Source of the DNA: Erythrobacter sp.
GTDB taxonomy: Bacteria > Pseudomonadota > Alphaproteobacteria > Sphingomonadales > Sphingomonadaceae
Length of the DNA stretch: 64,000 nt
NCBI GenBank assembly: GCA_027311945.1
Contig: DAICXZ010000009.1
Location: forward strand, 114,243-178,242
Direction of reading: 5' to 3'
The position numbers and the translations under genes are program-made. Under the pieces are notes generated by a model. That model had not been told where the DNA came from. It saw nothing but the letters and a program-made list of their open reading frames with translations, and made no database searches. Positions 30,102 to 38,836 of this stretch are shown here, piece by piece. Positions within the stretch are counted from its first letter, which is position 1; each line of letters starts with the position of its first letter.

Positions 30102-30665
30102 TTAGTTCGCCTTCCCGACGTAGCTCTGCTCGTAAACGTCGACCACGATGCGGGTGCCGCTTTCGATGTGCGGCGGCACGAGGATGCGCACGCCGTTGTC
30201 GAGCACCGCGGGCTTGTAGCTCGACGAAGCGGTCTGCCCCTTCACCACGGCGTCGGCCTCAACGATGGTGGCTTCGATCTGGCTCGGCAGCTCCACCGAG
30301 ATCGGGCGCTCTTCCCACAATTCGAGCGAGACCTGCATGCCGTCCTGAAGGAACGGGCGGGCATCGCCCAGCAGGTCCGAAGGAAGGTTGATCTGCTCGA
30401 AGGTGTCGGTGTCCATGAACACCAGCATATCGCCGTCTTCGTAGAGGAACTGGTAGTCCTTGGTGTCCAGACGCACCTTTTCGACCGTGTCGGCGCTGCG
30501 GAAGCGGACGTTGGTCTTGCGGCCATCGATGAGGTTCTTCATCTCGACCTGCATATAGGCACCGCCCTTGCCGGGCTGGGTATGCTGGATCTTGGCGACC
30601 TTCCAGATGCCCTTTTCGTATTCGATGATGTTGCCGGGACGAATGTCCACGCCGCTGATCTTCAT
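30102..30665 (-). CDS. efp: Elongation factor P
   Basis: From the ATG at 30665 the translation is [23 protein letters not shown]...[15 protein letters not shown] (188 aa). The listed ORF carries an Arg-rich 77-aa false N-terminal extension. Confidence 0.92.
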   Translation of the reverse strand: MKISGVDIRPGNIIEYEKGIWKVAKIQHTQPGKGGAYMQVEMKNLIDGRKTNVRFRSADTVEKVRLDTKDYQFLYEDGDMLVFMDTDTFEQINLPSDLLGDARPFLQDGMQVSLELWEERPISVELPSQIEATIVEADAVVKGQTASSSYKPAVLDNGVRILVPPHIESGTRIVVDVYEQSYVGKAN

Positions 30666-30730
30666 GGGTCTGCTTCCGATTTCAAAGAGATTGGCACGCG
30701 CCCTAGCCGCAGTTGGGCCGAGCGGCAAGC

Positions 30731-31402
30731 TCAGCCGAGCGTGTCGGCCATGGCGATCGCGTCGATCACCTGCTCGATACAGCGCCGCGAGGTGCCAAGA
30801 GCGAAGTGCTGGGCCTTCACCTCGATGCGCAGATCGCTCTCGTCGTCGCGCCCGCGTGCCGAATGCGCGGCGACGATCCCGTCGATGGCCGACCATATGG
30901 CTACGGTCGGCATCGGTGGCTTCTGGCTGAAGTCCTCGGCAAAGGGCGGATTATCGACGCTGTGGTCGTTGATCAGTTCGTAGTAGCGCCAGCCTGCATT
31001 GTCGCGCCGCCCACCCGAGAACGGGCTGCCCACGGTGATGACCGAGGCGATATGCTCGGAGGCGCGCTGGCCGAGAATACGGGCATAGAGCCCGCCAAGG
31101 CTCCACCCGATCACGACCACCTTGCGCCCGGTCTGGCTGTGCAGTGCGGCAACGCGCGCTTCGAGCCGGGCAAGCTTGGCAAGATCGGCGCCGTGGTTCA
31201 TCCCGAGACGCCAGCCACTTGGCACAAATCCACGAGCACGCAGTGTGCGCCGCATCAGCAGCGTAGAGATATCACCGGTAGCAAGGCCGGGGATGACGAG
31301 CACCGCCCGCCCTTCCCCGATCTGTTTGCCCTTGCGCGGGGCCCTGAACGGGTTGGCAAGCAAGGCGGGCATGGCCAATCCTTCGCGCAAGGTGTTGCGC
31401 AA
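30731..31402 (-). CDS. Alpha/beta hydrolase (lipase/esterase-like)
   Basis: 223 aa with the nucleophile elbow VIGWSLGG. Confidence 0.6.
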   Translation of the reverse strand: MRNTLREGLAMPALLANPFRAPRKGKQIGEGRAVLVIPGLATGDISTLLMRRTLRARGFVPSGWRLGMNHGADLAKLARLEARVAALHSQTGRKVVVIGWSLGGLYARILGQRASEHIASVITVGSPFSGGRRDNAGWRYYELINDHSVDNPPFAEDFSQKPPMPTVAIWSAIDGIVAAHSARGRDDESDLRIEVKAQHFALGTSRRCIEQVIDAIAMADTLG

Positions 31403-31430
31403 GGGGGGTGGATTGGCCTTCCCGCTCAGA

Positions 31431-32837
31431 TCAGTCCCCGGTCAGGATACGGTCGACCAGCTGCTTCACCGTGGGGGTGAAGTTGTTCGAATAGAACGGG
31501 TCTTCCGCAAAGCGATAGGCCGCGTGGCCGGCGAACATCAGGTTCTCTTCGACCGGAGCGCCATGGGCGATTTCCTGCAGGGTCTTCTGGATGCAGAAGC
31601 TGCGCGGATCGGCGAGGCGACCGGTGGTGTAGTCGTCGTGGTCTTTCCAGCTCGAGAAGCCGCAATGCGACAGGCAGCCCATGCAGTCGGCCTGATCCTT
31701 GCGGATCGTCTCGCGGCTTTCGGGAGTGACGAAGACGACAGTATCGTCAGGCGTCTTGAGCGCGGTGGTGTAACCTGCCGAGGCCCAGCCGCGCGCACGC
31801 TCCAGGTCCTTGGGCGTGACCCAGAAGTTCTTGCCCTTCACGCCCACGTCGAGCTGCACTGTGTGCTCGCCCGCCGAAACGCGGCTGTAGGGAATCTGCC
31901 GGTCCGACCGGGCCATCAGGTCAAGCAGGAACGGGTTGCGCACCGCGCTCGAATAGAAGCCGGTGGGGCTGAAGCGGTGCAGCTCGACATCGCCAGGCTG
32001 GATCGTGCGCAGAGCGTCCTTCCAACCCTCCGGGATCGGGCTTTCCTCGGTCAGCAGCGGACGGGTGCCGAACTGGAACGCGATCGGGCCAAGCTCGTCG
32101 TTATCGATCCAGTCGTTCCACTCGCGCAAATACCAGACGCCGCCCGCCATCACGATCGGCACGCTTTCAGACACGCCTTCCTTGCGCATCATCGCGCGCA
32201 GCTCGGCCACGCGCGGATAAGGGTCTTGCGGCTTCTTCGGGTCTTCAGCGTTGGAGAGGCCATTGTGACCGCCCGCCAGCCACGGGTCTTCATAGACCAC
32301 CGCCGCCAGCAGGTGCGAAACCTTGTGATAGGCCCGCTTCCACAGCGCCCTGAACGCACGGCCCGAGCTGACGATGGGCAGATAGTGCACGTTGTAGCGC
32401 TGCGCGATCTCGGACAGGCGATAGGGCATGCCCGCGCCGCAGGTCACGCCGGTGACGAGACCCTTGGTGCGTTCGAGCACGCCTTCGAGCACGGGCTGCG
32501 CCCCGCCCATTTCCCACAGCACGTTGATGTTGATCGCGCCCTTGCCGCCGGCAATATCGTGGGCCCGCTTCACCTGCTCCACAGCGCCATCGATGGCGTA
32601 GCGGATCAGTTGCTCGTGCCGCTCCTTGCGGGTGAGCTGGTCATAGATCTGGGGCACGATCTTGCCCTCGGCGTCATAGCTGTCGGCATTGACCGCGCTG
32701 ACCGTGCCGATACCGCCAGCTGCAGCCCAGGCGCCGGAACTCGCGTGGTTGGTGGCGGAAACGCCTTTGCCACCTTCCACCAGCGGCCACACCTCGCGGC
32801 CACCATACATAATCGGCTTCAAACCCTTGAACGTCAT
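31431..32837 (-). CDS. Nitronate monooxygenase family flavoprotein (long form)
   Basis: 468 aa TIM-barrel NMO/2-nitropropane dioxygenase-like protein (motifs GGIGTVSA and VMAGGVW). Confidence 0.72.
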   Translation of the reverse strand: MTFKGLKPIMYGGREVWPLVEGGKGVSATNHASSGAWAAAGGIGTVSAVNADSYDAEGKIVPQIYDQLTRKERHEQLIRYAIDGAVEQVKRAHDIAGGKGAININVLWEMGGAQPVLEGVLERTKGLVTGVTCGAGMPYRLSEIAQRYNVHYLPIVSSGRAFRALWKRAYHKVSHLLAAVVYEDPWLAGGHNGLSNAEDPKKPQDPYPRVAELRAMMRKEGVSESVPIVMAGGVWYLREWNDWIDNDELGPIAFQFGTRPLLTEESPIPEGWKDALRTIQPGDVELHRFSPTGFYSSAVRNPFLLDLMARSDRQIPYSRVSAGEHTVQLDVGVKGKNFWVTPKDLERARGWASAGYTTALKTPDDTVVFVTPESRETIRKDQADCMGCLSHCGFSSWKDHDDYTTGRLADPRSFCIQKTLQEIAHGAPVEENLMFAGHAAYRFAEDPFYSNNFTPTVKQLVDRILTGD

Positions 32838-32859
32838 CTAATTCCCCTGCCATCACCGA

Positions 32860-33600
32860 TCATTTGGCGATGGAACCATCTTCTTCATTTGCCTGAACAC
32901 AGGGTGTGATTTCACCCGGTTCGGGCCGCTTGCCTGCCGCTTCGAACTCGGCATAATATCCGGCGATTTCCGGCTTGCGGACAAATTCGGTCAGCCGATA
33001 GCCCACGCGGGCAAATTCGCAAAACAGCAATTGCGGGCTGATCCCGTGCTCTGCCGTCGGCCGATCGACATCGACGACCACCACATGCCCCTTTTCGCGC
33101 AGCGCCGGGCGAAGGTGCCAGAGGAACGCATAGGGCTCCTCCACCTCGTGATACATGTGCACGAGCATCACGCGATCGAAGCTATTGACGGGCAGACGCG
33201 GATCGTCGGGCAGGCCCGGCTTGATCGAGACATTTTCGAGCCGATCGCGCTCCACCCGGCTGCCAAGCCGACGCAATGCGTCCTCGTTGATGTCGCTCGC
33301 CAGCACCCGGCCCTTCTCGCCTACGCGGGCAGCAAGGCGCACGGTGTAGTAGCCCTCGCCCGCGCCGACGTCGGCCACGCTCATGCCGGGCTCAATTCCG
33401 GCAAGGTCCATGACCGTCTCGGCTTCCTGCCGCCGGTCGCGCGCTTCTTCGTTGGAAAAGGCGGTCGCGCCGCTTCCTGAGACAGGCCGGTCGGCCTTGG
33501 GGAAATCTTGCGATCCGGGCGCGCGCTCGCCATCCACCAGATCGCAGCCGACAACCAGCGCGAGTGCGGCAAAGGCAACCAGAGAGCGCAGCGCCAACAT
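32860..33600 (-). CDS. Class I SAM-dependent methyltransferase with an N-terminal signal/lipobox-like segment
   Basis: The internal start at 33600 gives MLALRSLVAFAALALVVGC..., followed by SAM-binding motif I (VADVGAGEGYYT). The listed longer ORF is Arg-rich upstream of this start. Confidence 0.68.
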   Translation of the reverse strand: MLALRSLVAFAALALVVGCDLVDGERAPGSQDFPKADRPVSGSGATAFSNEEARDRRQEAETVMDLAGIEPGMSVADVGAGEGYYTVRLAARVGEKGRVLASDINEDALRRLGSRVERDRLENVSIKPGLPDDPRLPVNSFDRVMLVHMYHEVEEPYAFLWHLRPALREKGHVVVVDVDRPTAEHGISPQLLFCEFARVGYRLTEFVRKPEIAGYYAEFEAAGKRPEPGEITPCVQANEEDGSIAK

Positions 33601-33674
33601 GGCGTGGCTCTTTACCCCGCGCGGGCGCGGAAGGCAAAGGCCCGAAACCGGATGCATTCTCACAGCCCGGGTTC

Positions 33675-34802
33675 CTAGTCGACGTCGTCCACTTCGACCG
33701 CTTCGCCCGTAACCTTGAGGGCGAGCGCGGCAGCGATGAAAGCGTCGATATCGCCGTCGAGCACATCGTCGGGCGTGGGGCTGGTGACGCCGGTGCGCAG
33801 GTCCTTCACCATCTGGTATGGCTGGAGGACGTAGGAGCGAATCTGGCGGCCCCAACCTATCTCGGTCTTTTCCTCGTATTCGCTCGCCGCGGCAGCCTCG
33901 CGCTCGGCCATTTCGCGTTCGTAGAGGCGGGCCTTCAGCATGTTCATCGCAGTGACGCGGTTTTTGAGCTGGTTGCGGTCGGCCTGACAGGCGACCACGA
34001 TGCCTGAAGGAATATGCGTAATCCGGACCGCAGAATCGGTGGTGTTCACGTGCTGACCGCCCGAGCCGGAGGCGCGGTAGGTATCGACCTTGAGGTCCGA
34101 ATCGTTGACGGTGATCTCGATATTGTCGTCGATCACCGGATAGACCCAGGCGCTGGAGAAGCTGGTATGGCGGCGCGCCGAGCTGTCATAGGGGCTGATG
34201 CGGACGAGCCGGTGCACCCCGCTCTCGGTCTTGGCATAGCCATAGGCGTTCTCGCCCTTGATCAGCAGCGTGGCCGACTTGATGCCAGCCTGATCGCCCG
34301 CCTGATATTCCACCACCTCGACCTTGAAGCCGCGCTTCTCGGCCCAGCGGTAATACATGCGGAACAGCATCTCGGCCCAGTCGCAGCTTTCGGTGCCGCC
34401 CGCGCCAGAGTGGATTTCGATATAGGTGTCGTTGCCGTCGACTTCGCCCGAGAGCAGCGCCTTGACCTTGTCGCGGTCGGCCCGTTCGGCCAGCGAGGCG
34501 AGTGTGGCCATGCCATCGGCCACAACCTCGTCGTCACCCTCGGCCTCGCCCATCTCGATGAACTCGACCGCATCGGACATTTCCGCGGCGATCTCGTTCA
34601 CGGTCTCGACCGCGTCCTTGAGGTTCTTGTGCTCGCGACTGATCGCCTGCGCGAGCTTGGGGTCGTTCCACAGGTTCGGGTCCTGCACGCGCGCTTCCAG
34701 CTCGTCGAGCCGACGCAGCGCGGCGTCCCAGTCGAGCGACTTCCTGACCAGCGCCAGTGCGGCTTCGATCCGGACGATATGGGCCTGCCCTTCGGCACGC
34801 AT
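33675..34802 (-). CDS. prfB: Peptide chain release factor 2
   Basis: 375 aa containing SPF, GGQHVNTTDSAVRITH (the GGQ motif) and GWGRQIRSYV. It is a single uninterrupted ORF. Confidence 0.92.
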   Translation of the reverse strand: MRAEGQAHIVRIEAALALVRKSLDWDAALRRLDELEARVQDPNLWNDPKLAQAISREHKNLKDAVETVNEIAAEMSDAVEFIEMGEAEGDDEVVADGMATLASLAERADRDKVKALLSGEVDGNDTYIEIHSGAGGTESCDWAEMLFRMYYRWAEKRGFKVEVVEYQAGDQAGIKSATLLIKGENAYGYAKTESGVHRLVRISPYDSSARRHTSFSSAWVYPVIDDNIEITVNDSDLKVDTYRASGSGGQHVNTTDSAVRITHIPSGIVVACQADRNQLKNRVTAMNMLKARLYEREMAEREAAAASEYEEKTEIGWGRQIRSYVLQPYQMVKDLRTGVTSPTPDDVLDGDIDAFIAAALALKVTGEAVEVDDVD

Positions 34803-34894
34803 GGCATTGGTCTCCGCTAAAACAAAGCGCGCCGACTAGCGCAGCCGGGCGCTCAAAGAAAGGGGTGCAACAATATGGGGATGCAGACGGCGCC

Positions 34895-37429
34895 TTAGTA
34901 GATGCCGCCCTGATCCTCGGCAAAGTTGCTAGGCTCGCCTTCGGACGCACCGCTCTGATTACGGTCGCCCTGCTCGCGCCGGCGAAGCTGCGTGAGGATA
35001 AGATCGCGCATGGCGGCAGTGGTATCGCCATCACGCCCGCGGCGGCGTGGCTCGGTGTCGGGCTTGAACGCTTCCCAGATCACCGCATCGGCGCCCTGCG
35101 CAGGCCAGCCATCGAGCACGCGCCGCCCGCTGCGCCGGTCGATCCGCACCATCCGCATACCTTCGGGCGCGATGAACGGCCGTTCCGACCAGCGATCACG
35201 CGTCGCCTTGGCGAAATCGACGAAGATCGGTGCGGCCGTGTTGCCACCCTGGACATAGCCGCCCAGCGTCCGCGATTGCTGATCGAAGCCGATGCAGGTC
35301 CCCGCCACGATATCCGGCGAGCCGCCCACGAACCACGCATTGGTCGGGCCGGAGCTGGTGCCGGTCTTGCCGAACAGCGGCATGTCGAGCACCTTCAGGC
35401 GCGTCGCCGTGCCGCGCTGGACCACGCCTTCGAGCATGTGCACGATCTGGAACGCGGTGCGCGGGTCCATCCGCTGCGCGCCCATGCGTTCAAACCGGGG
35501 CATCGGTTTGCCGTCCCACTCGTCCATGTTGCAGCCGTTGCAGGCCCGCTCGTCAGCGCGCCAGATGACCTTGCCGTTGCGATCCTGAACATAGTCGATC
35601 AGCGAGGGCTGGATCAGCTTGCCGTGGTTCACCATCATCGAATAGGCGGCGACCATCTTGATCACCGTGGTATCGCCCGCGCCGAGCGCGAAGGCGGGAT
35701 AGGGATCGTATTGATCCTTGTCGGCAATGCCGACGTTTTCGAACGTCTTGATGACGTTTTCCATCCCCGAATCCATCGCGATGTGCACGGTCATCAGGTT
35801 CTTCGACTGCTCGAGCCCGTAGCGCATCGGATATTCCCCGCCGCCGCGCGAACCGCCAAAGTTGGTGAAGCATTTCTCGCCGAGATTAGAGCCCTGATAG
35901 TAACAATATTGCCGGTCGGGAATGAGCGTCGCGGGCGTCATCCCGTTGTCGAGCCCGGTAGCATAGACGAACGGCTTGATGGTCGAGCCCGGCTGCCGCA
36001 GCGCCTGTGTCGCACGGTTGAAAGCGCCGAGCCGCGAATCGAACCCGCCCTGCATCGCCATTACCCGGCCCGTGGTCGGGCTCATCGCGACAAAGCCGCC
36101 CGACACCTCGGGGATTGCGCGCACACGCCAGCCATTGCCCTGCGGTGAAACGGCAATAATGTCGCCCGTCTTCAGCGCATCTGGCAGCGCACCGGCAAGC
36201 GAACCTTCGTCACCATCGGCAAAGCCGACCATGCCCGACCCACCGGAGCGGCTTAGCACTACGGCAATCCGCCAGTCGCGATAGTTGATGCCGATATAGG
36301 AGCTGCGCAGCTGGCTCTTCATATCGCCGTCGCCCGGATTTACCGTGGCAATCGGCTTTTTCCATGGGCGGTTGTTGTCGTAGCGCAGGATCGCATTGCG
36401 AAGCGCATCGCGCGCAGCATCCTGCATTTCGGTGTCGAGCGAGGTGCGCACCCACAGGCCGCCGCCATAGACGCTGTTCGGCCCATCTTCGGCCTCTTCG
36501 CCATAGCGATCGATCAGTTCGCGCCGCACTTCTTCGAGGAAGTAGCCCGCATCGGCCGTTTCATTGTTGCTGGAATTGCTCACGATCCCGAGCGGTTTGG
36601 CCTGCGCCGCCTGCATCTGGGCACTGGTGATATGGCCATTGTCCTCCATTTGCTGGAGCACCCAGTTGCGACGGGCACGTGCGGTCTCGTAGTTCTTCGC
36701 CCGGCTGTAGACTTCCGGGGCACGCGGCAGGATCGCCAGATAGGCCATCTCATGCAGTTCGAGATCGTCGACATCCTTGTCAAAATAGGCACGCGCGGCG
36801 GCCTGGACCCCGAACGAGCGCCGTCCAAGCGGAATTTCGTTAAGGTACAAGGTGATGATCTCACGCTTCGACAGCACGCTTTCGACGCGGGTAGCGAGAA
36901 TCATTTCCTTCAGCTTGCGGGTGATCGAATACTCGTTGCCGACGAGGATGTTCTTGGCCACCTGCTGGGTGATGGTCGAACCACCAACCGCACGCTCGCC
37001 AGAGCCGAGCTTGGAGATATAATCGATCACGGCGTTGACGAAACCACCGGCGTCGATGCCGCCATGGCTCCAGAAGGTCTCGTCCTCAGCCGAGGTATAA
37101 GCGTTGACGAGCTGCGTCGGCAGATCCTTGAACTGCAATTCCACGCGCCGTTCACGCTCGTAACGGCTGACGATCTCGCCATCAATGCCGCGCACCACGG
37201 TGGGCAAATTGGGGCGATAATCGAGCAGGCTCTCGGCATCGGGCAGATCGCGCACCAACACCGCCCAGAGGGCAGCGGCGAACAGCAGCCCCAGCAGGAG
37301 CGCGTAGCCCGCAAGGCGGACCAGCAGGTTTGCGCGCCAGATCTCGCCGATCCGGCCGAAGGCGGCCCCGGCGTTGCGGCGGATGCGAAGGCTGGTGGAG
37401 CCGTCGTCCATGGTATGATCGTCACTCAT
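34895..37429 (-). CDS. mrcA: Penicillin-binding protein 1A (bifunctional transglycosylase/transpeptidase)
   Basis: 844 aa. It has an N-terminal TM anchor, glycosyltransferase-51 motifs (EDETFWSHGGID, GGSTITQQVAKN), transpeptidase motifs (STIKPF, KTGT) and a Gly/Arg-rich tail. Confidence 0.9.
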   Translation of the reverse strand: MSDDHTMDDGSTSLRIRRNAGAAFGRIGEIWRANLLVRLAGYALLLGLLFAAALWAVLVRDLPDAESLLDYRPNLPTVVRGIDGEIVSRYERERRVELQFKDLPTQLVNAYTSAEDETFWSHGGIDAGGFVNAVIDYISKLGSGERAVGGSTITQQVAKNILVGNEYSITRKLKEMILATRVESVLSKREIITLYLNEIPLGRRSFGVQAAARAYFDKDVDDLELHEMAYLAILPRAPEVYSRAKNYETARARRNWVLQQMEDNGHITSAQMQAAQAKPLGIVSNSSNNETADAGYFLEEVRRELIDRYGEEAEDGPNSVYGGGLWVRTSLDTEMQDAARDALRNAILRYDNNRPWKKPIATVNPGDGDMKSQLRSSYIGINYRDWRIAVVLSRSGGSGMVGFADGDEGSLAGALPDALKTGDIIAVSPQGNGWRVRAIPEVSGGFVAMSPTTGRVMAMQGGFDSRLGAFNRATQALRQPGSTIKPFVYATGLDNGMTPATLIPDRQYCYYQGSNLGEKCFTNFGGSRGGGEYPMRYGLEQSKNLMTVHIAMDSGMENVIKTFENVGIADKDQYDPYPAFALGAGDTTVIKMVAAYSMMVNHGKLIQPSLIDYVQDRNGKVIWRADERACNGCNMDEWDGKPMPRFERMGAQRMDPRTAFQIVHMLEGVVQRGTATRLKVLDMPLFGKTGTSSGPTNAWFVGGSPDIVAGTCIGFDQQSRTLGGYVQGGNTAAPIFVDFAKATRDRWSERPFIAPEGMRMVRIDRRSGRRVLDGWPAQGADAVIWEAFKPDTEPRRRGRDGDTTAAMRDLILTQLRRREQGDRNQSGASEGEPSNFAEDQGGIY

Positions 37430-37497
37430 TTGCGGCGCCCTCTAGCATGGCCTTGCCGTCCTGCGCCAGATGGATGCGATGGCCTGAACGCGAACAC

Positions 37498-38370
37498 TCA
37501 GGGCGCTGCCGCATTGCGGGCGAGAAAGATGCGGATCGCACTCGCCATGGTGGAGGCAAAGTTCTCCCGCCCCTCGCGCGAGGCTAGCCGCTGCGCTTCG
37601 GCGGGATTGCTGACGAAGCCCGCCTCATAGAGGATCGCGGGCACATCGGGCGCGCGCAGCACCGCCAGTGCGGCTTTCCGGCGCGGTTGGGGATGGAACG
37701 TCAGCCGCCCCTCGCCCTCGCGCACGATCAGCGAGGCAAACTCGTCCGACTGCGCGGCGGTCTGCCGCTGCGAAAGTTCGACCAGGATCGTCTCGACGGC
37801 CTCGTCCTGCCCAGAAAGGTCTAGGCCATTGATCACGTCGGCCCCGTTCTCGCGCTGGGCGAAGCGGGCGGCGGCCTGCGAGTTGGCCGCTTCGCTCAGC
37901 GTATAGATGCTGGCGCCGCGCACATCGGCCTGCTCTCCGGCGCTGTCGGCATGGATCGAAACGAACAGGTCTGCGCCTAGCTCGCGGGCGATGGCCGCCC
38001 GTTCGGCCAGCACCACGAAGCTGTCGTCGTCGCGCGTCATGGCAACGCGCACGCCGCCTTCCTCCAGCAACCGATCGCGCAAAGCCTTCGCAAGGCCAAG
38101 CACGATTCGTTTCTCCTGGAAGCCCGGCCCCACGGCGCCGGGGTCGGGGCCGCCATGGCCTGCGTCGATCACCACCAGCGGCCGGGTCATGTCTTGCGGT
38201 CCCAGCACCTCGGGCAGATCGAGCTGCTGTCCCGCTTCGGGCAGATCTATCCGCACCACATAGCTGCGCCCAAGCACAGGCACCGGAATAGTGAGCCCCC
38301 ACGCATAGATCACCCCCAGCAGCAGCACGGGCGCCAGAAATATCAGCATTATCTTGAAGCGTTCAGGCAC
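37498..38370 (-). CDS. N-acetylmuramoyl-L-alanine amidase (Amidase_3, AmiC-like)
   Basis: 290 aa with a TM anchor and the motifs VIDAGHGGPDPGA and LFVSIHADS. Confidence 0.85.
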   Translation of the reverse strand: MPERFKIMLIFLAPVLLLGVIYAWGLTIPVPVLGRSYVVRIDLPEAGQQLDLPEVLGPQDMTRPLVVIDAGHGGPDPGAVGPGFQEKRIVLGLAKALRDRLLEEGGVRVAMTRDDDSFVVLAERAAIARELGADLFVSIHADSAGEQADVRGASIYTLSEAANSQAAARFAQRENGADVINGLDLSGQDEAVETILVELSQRQTAAQSDEFASLIVREGEGRLTFHPQPRRKAALAVLRAPDVPAILYEAGFVSNPAEAQRLASREGRENFASTMASAIRIFLARNAAAP

Positions 38371-38836
38371 CGTACTGCAAAATCCCCCCGATGTTGCGGC
38401 TCATTCGCGTATTTACCTAGCGTGATGCAAAGAGAAATTGACCTGAATGCGCAACATGGTTGCCGAGCCTTTCCCCGAATGCTAGCGAAATGCAATCCGG
38501 CCAGATTGGTCGGCAAGGGTCTGGAAAGCTAGGGCTCCCCTCCTTTTCCGCCGCAGTTACAGGTTGATGTCGTAATGCCAAGCAAAAGCCCCCTCGCCAC
38601 GCTGCAGCCTCTGTGCTGCTGCACAGGCGAACCGGGCTTTGCGCAGAACACGAAGCTGCGCCTCGGCATTGCTGCAGACACGAATCACGGTTCCGTCGGG
38701 CGCAATGCCCGTGGAATCTGTCCATATCCCCCGCAAGTCACTGGAATTACGCCTTTGGCGGCGGGGATTCACACATTGGGACAGCGCAGCCGGGCAGGCA
38801 CCGCCTCCTCGCGCCCCGCTGTCCGGAGACTTATCA
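38371..38836 (+). promoter_or_regulatory. Long rne upstream/leader region (divergent from the amidase gene)
   Basis: 466 bp with no credible ORF, directly preceding the conserved RNase E start. In enterobacteria rne has a long autoregulatory 5' UTR. Promoter and UTR boundaries are not determined here. Confidence 0.35.

Noticed and set aside
29304-32909. 559-aa (29304..30983) and 595-aa (31122..32909) plus-strand ORFs
   Set aside because: They are antisense to suhB/efp and to the hydrolase/nitronate monooxygenase genes respectively, all of which have strong family motifs. The plus-strand translations are low-complexity artefacts.
34757-36148. 463-aa plus-strand ORF, and a 332-aa ORF at 36632..37630
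   Set aside because: Both are antisense to the PBP1A gene, which carries intact transglycosylase and transpeptidase motifs. Neither shows independent coding evidence.
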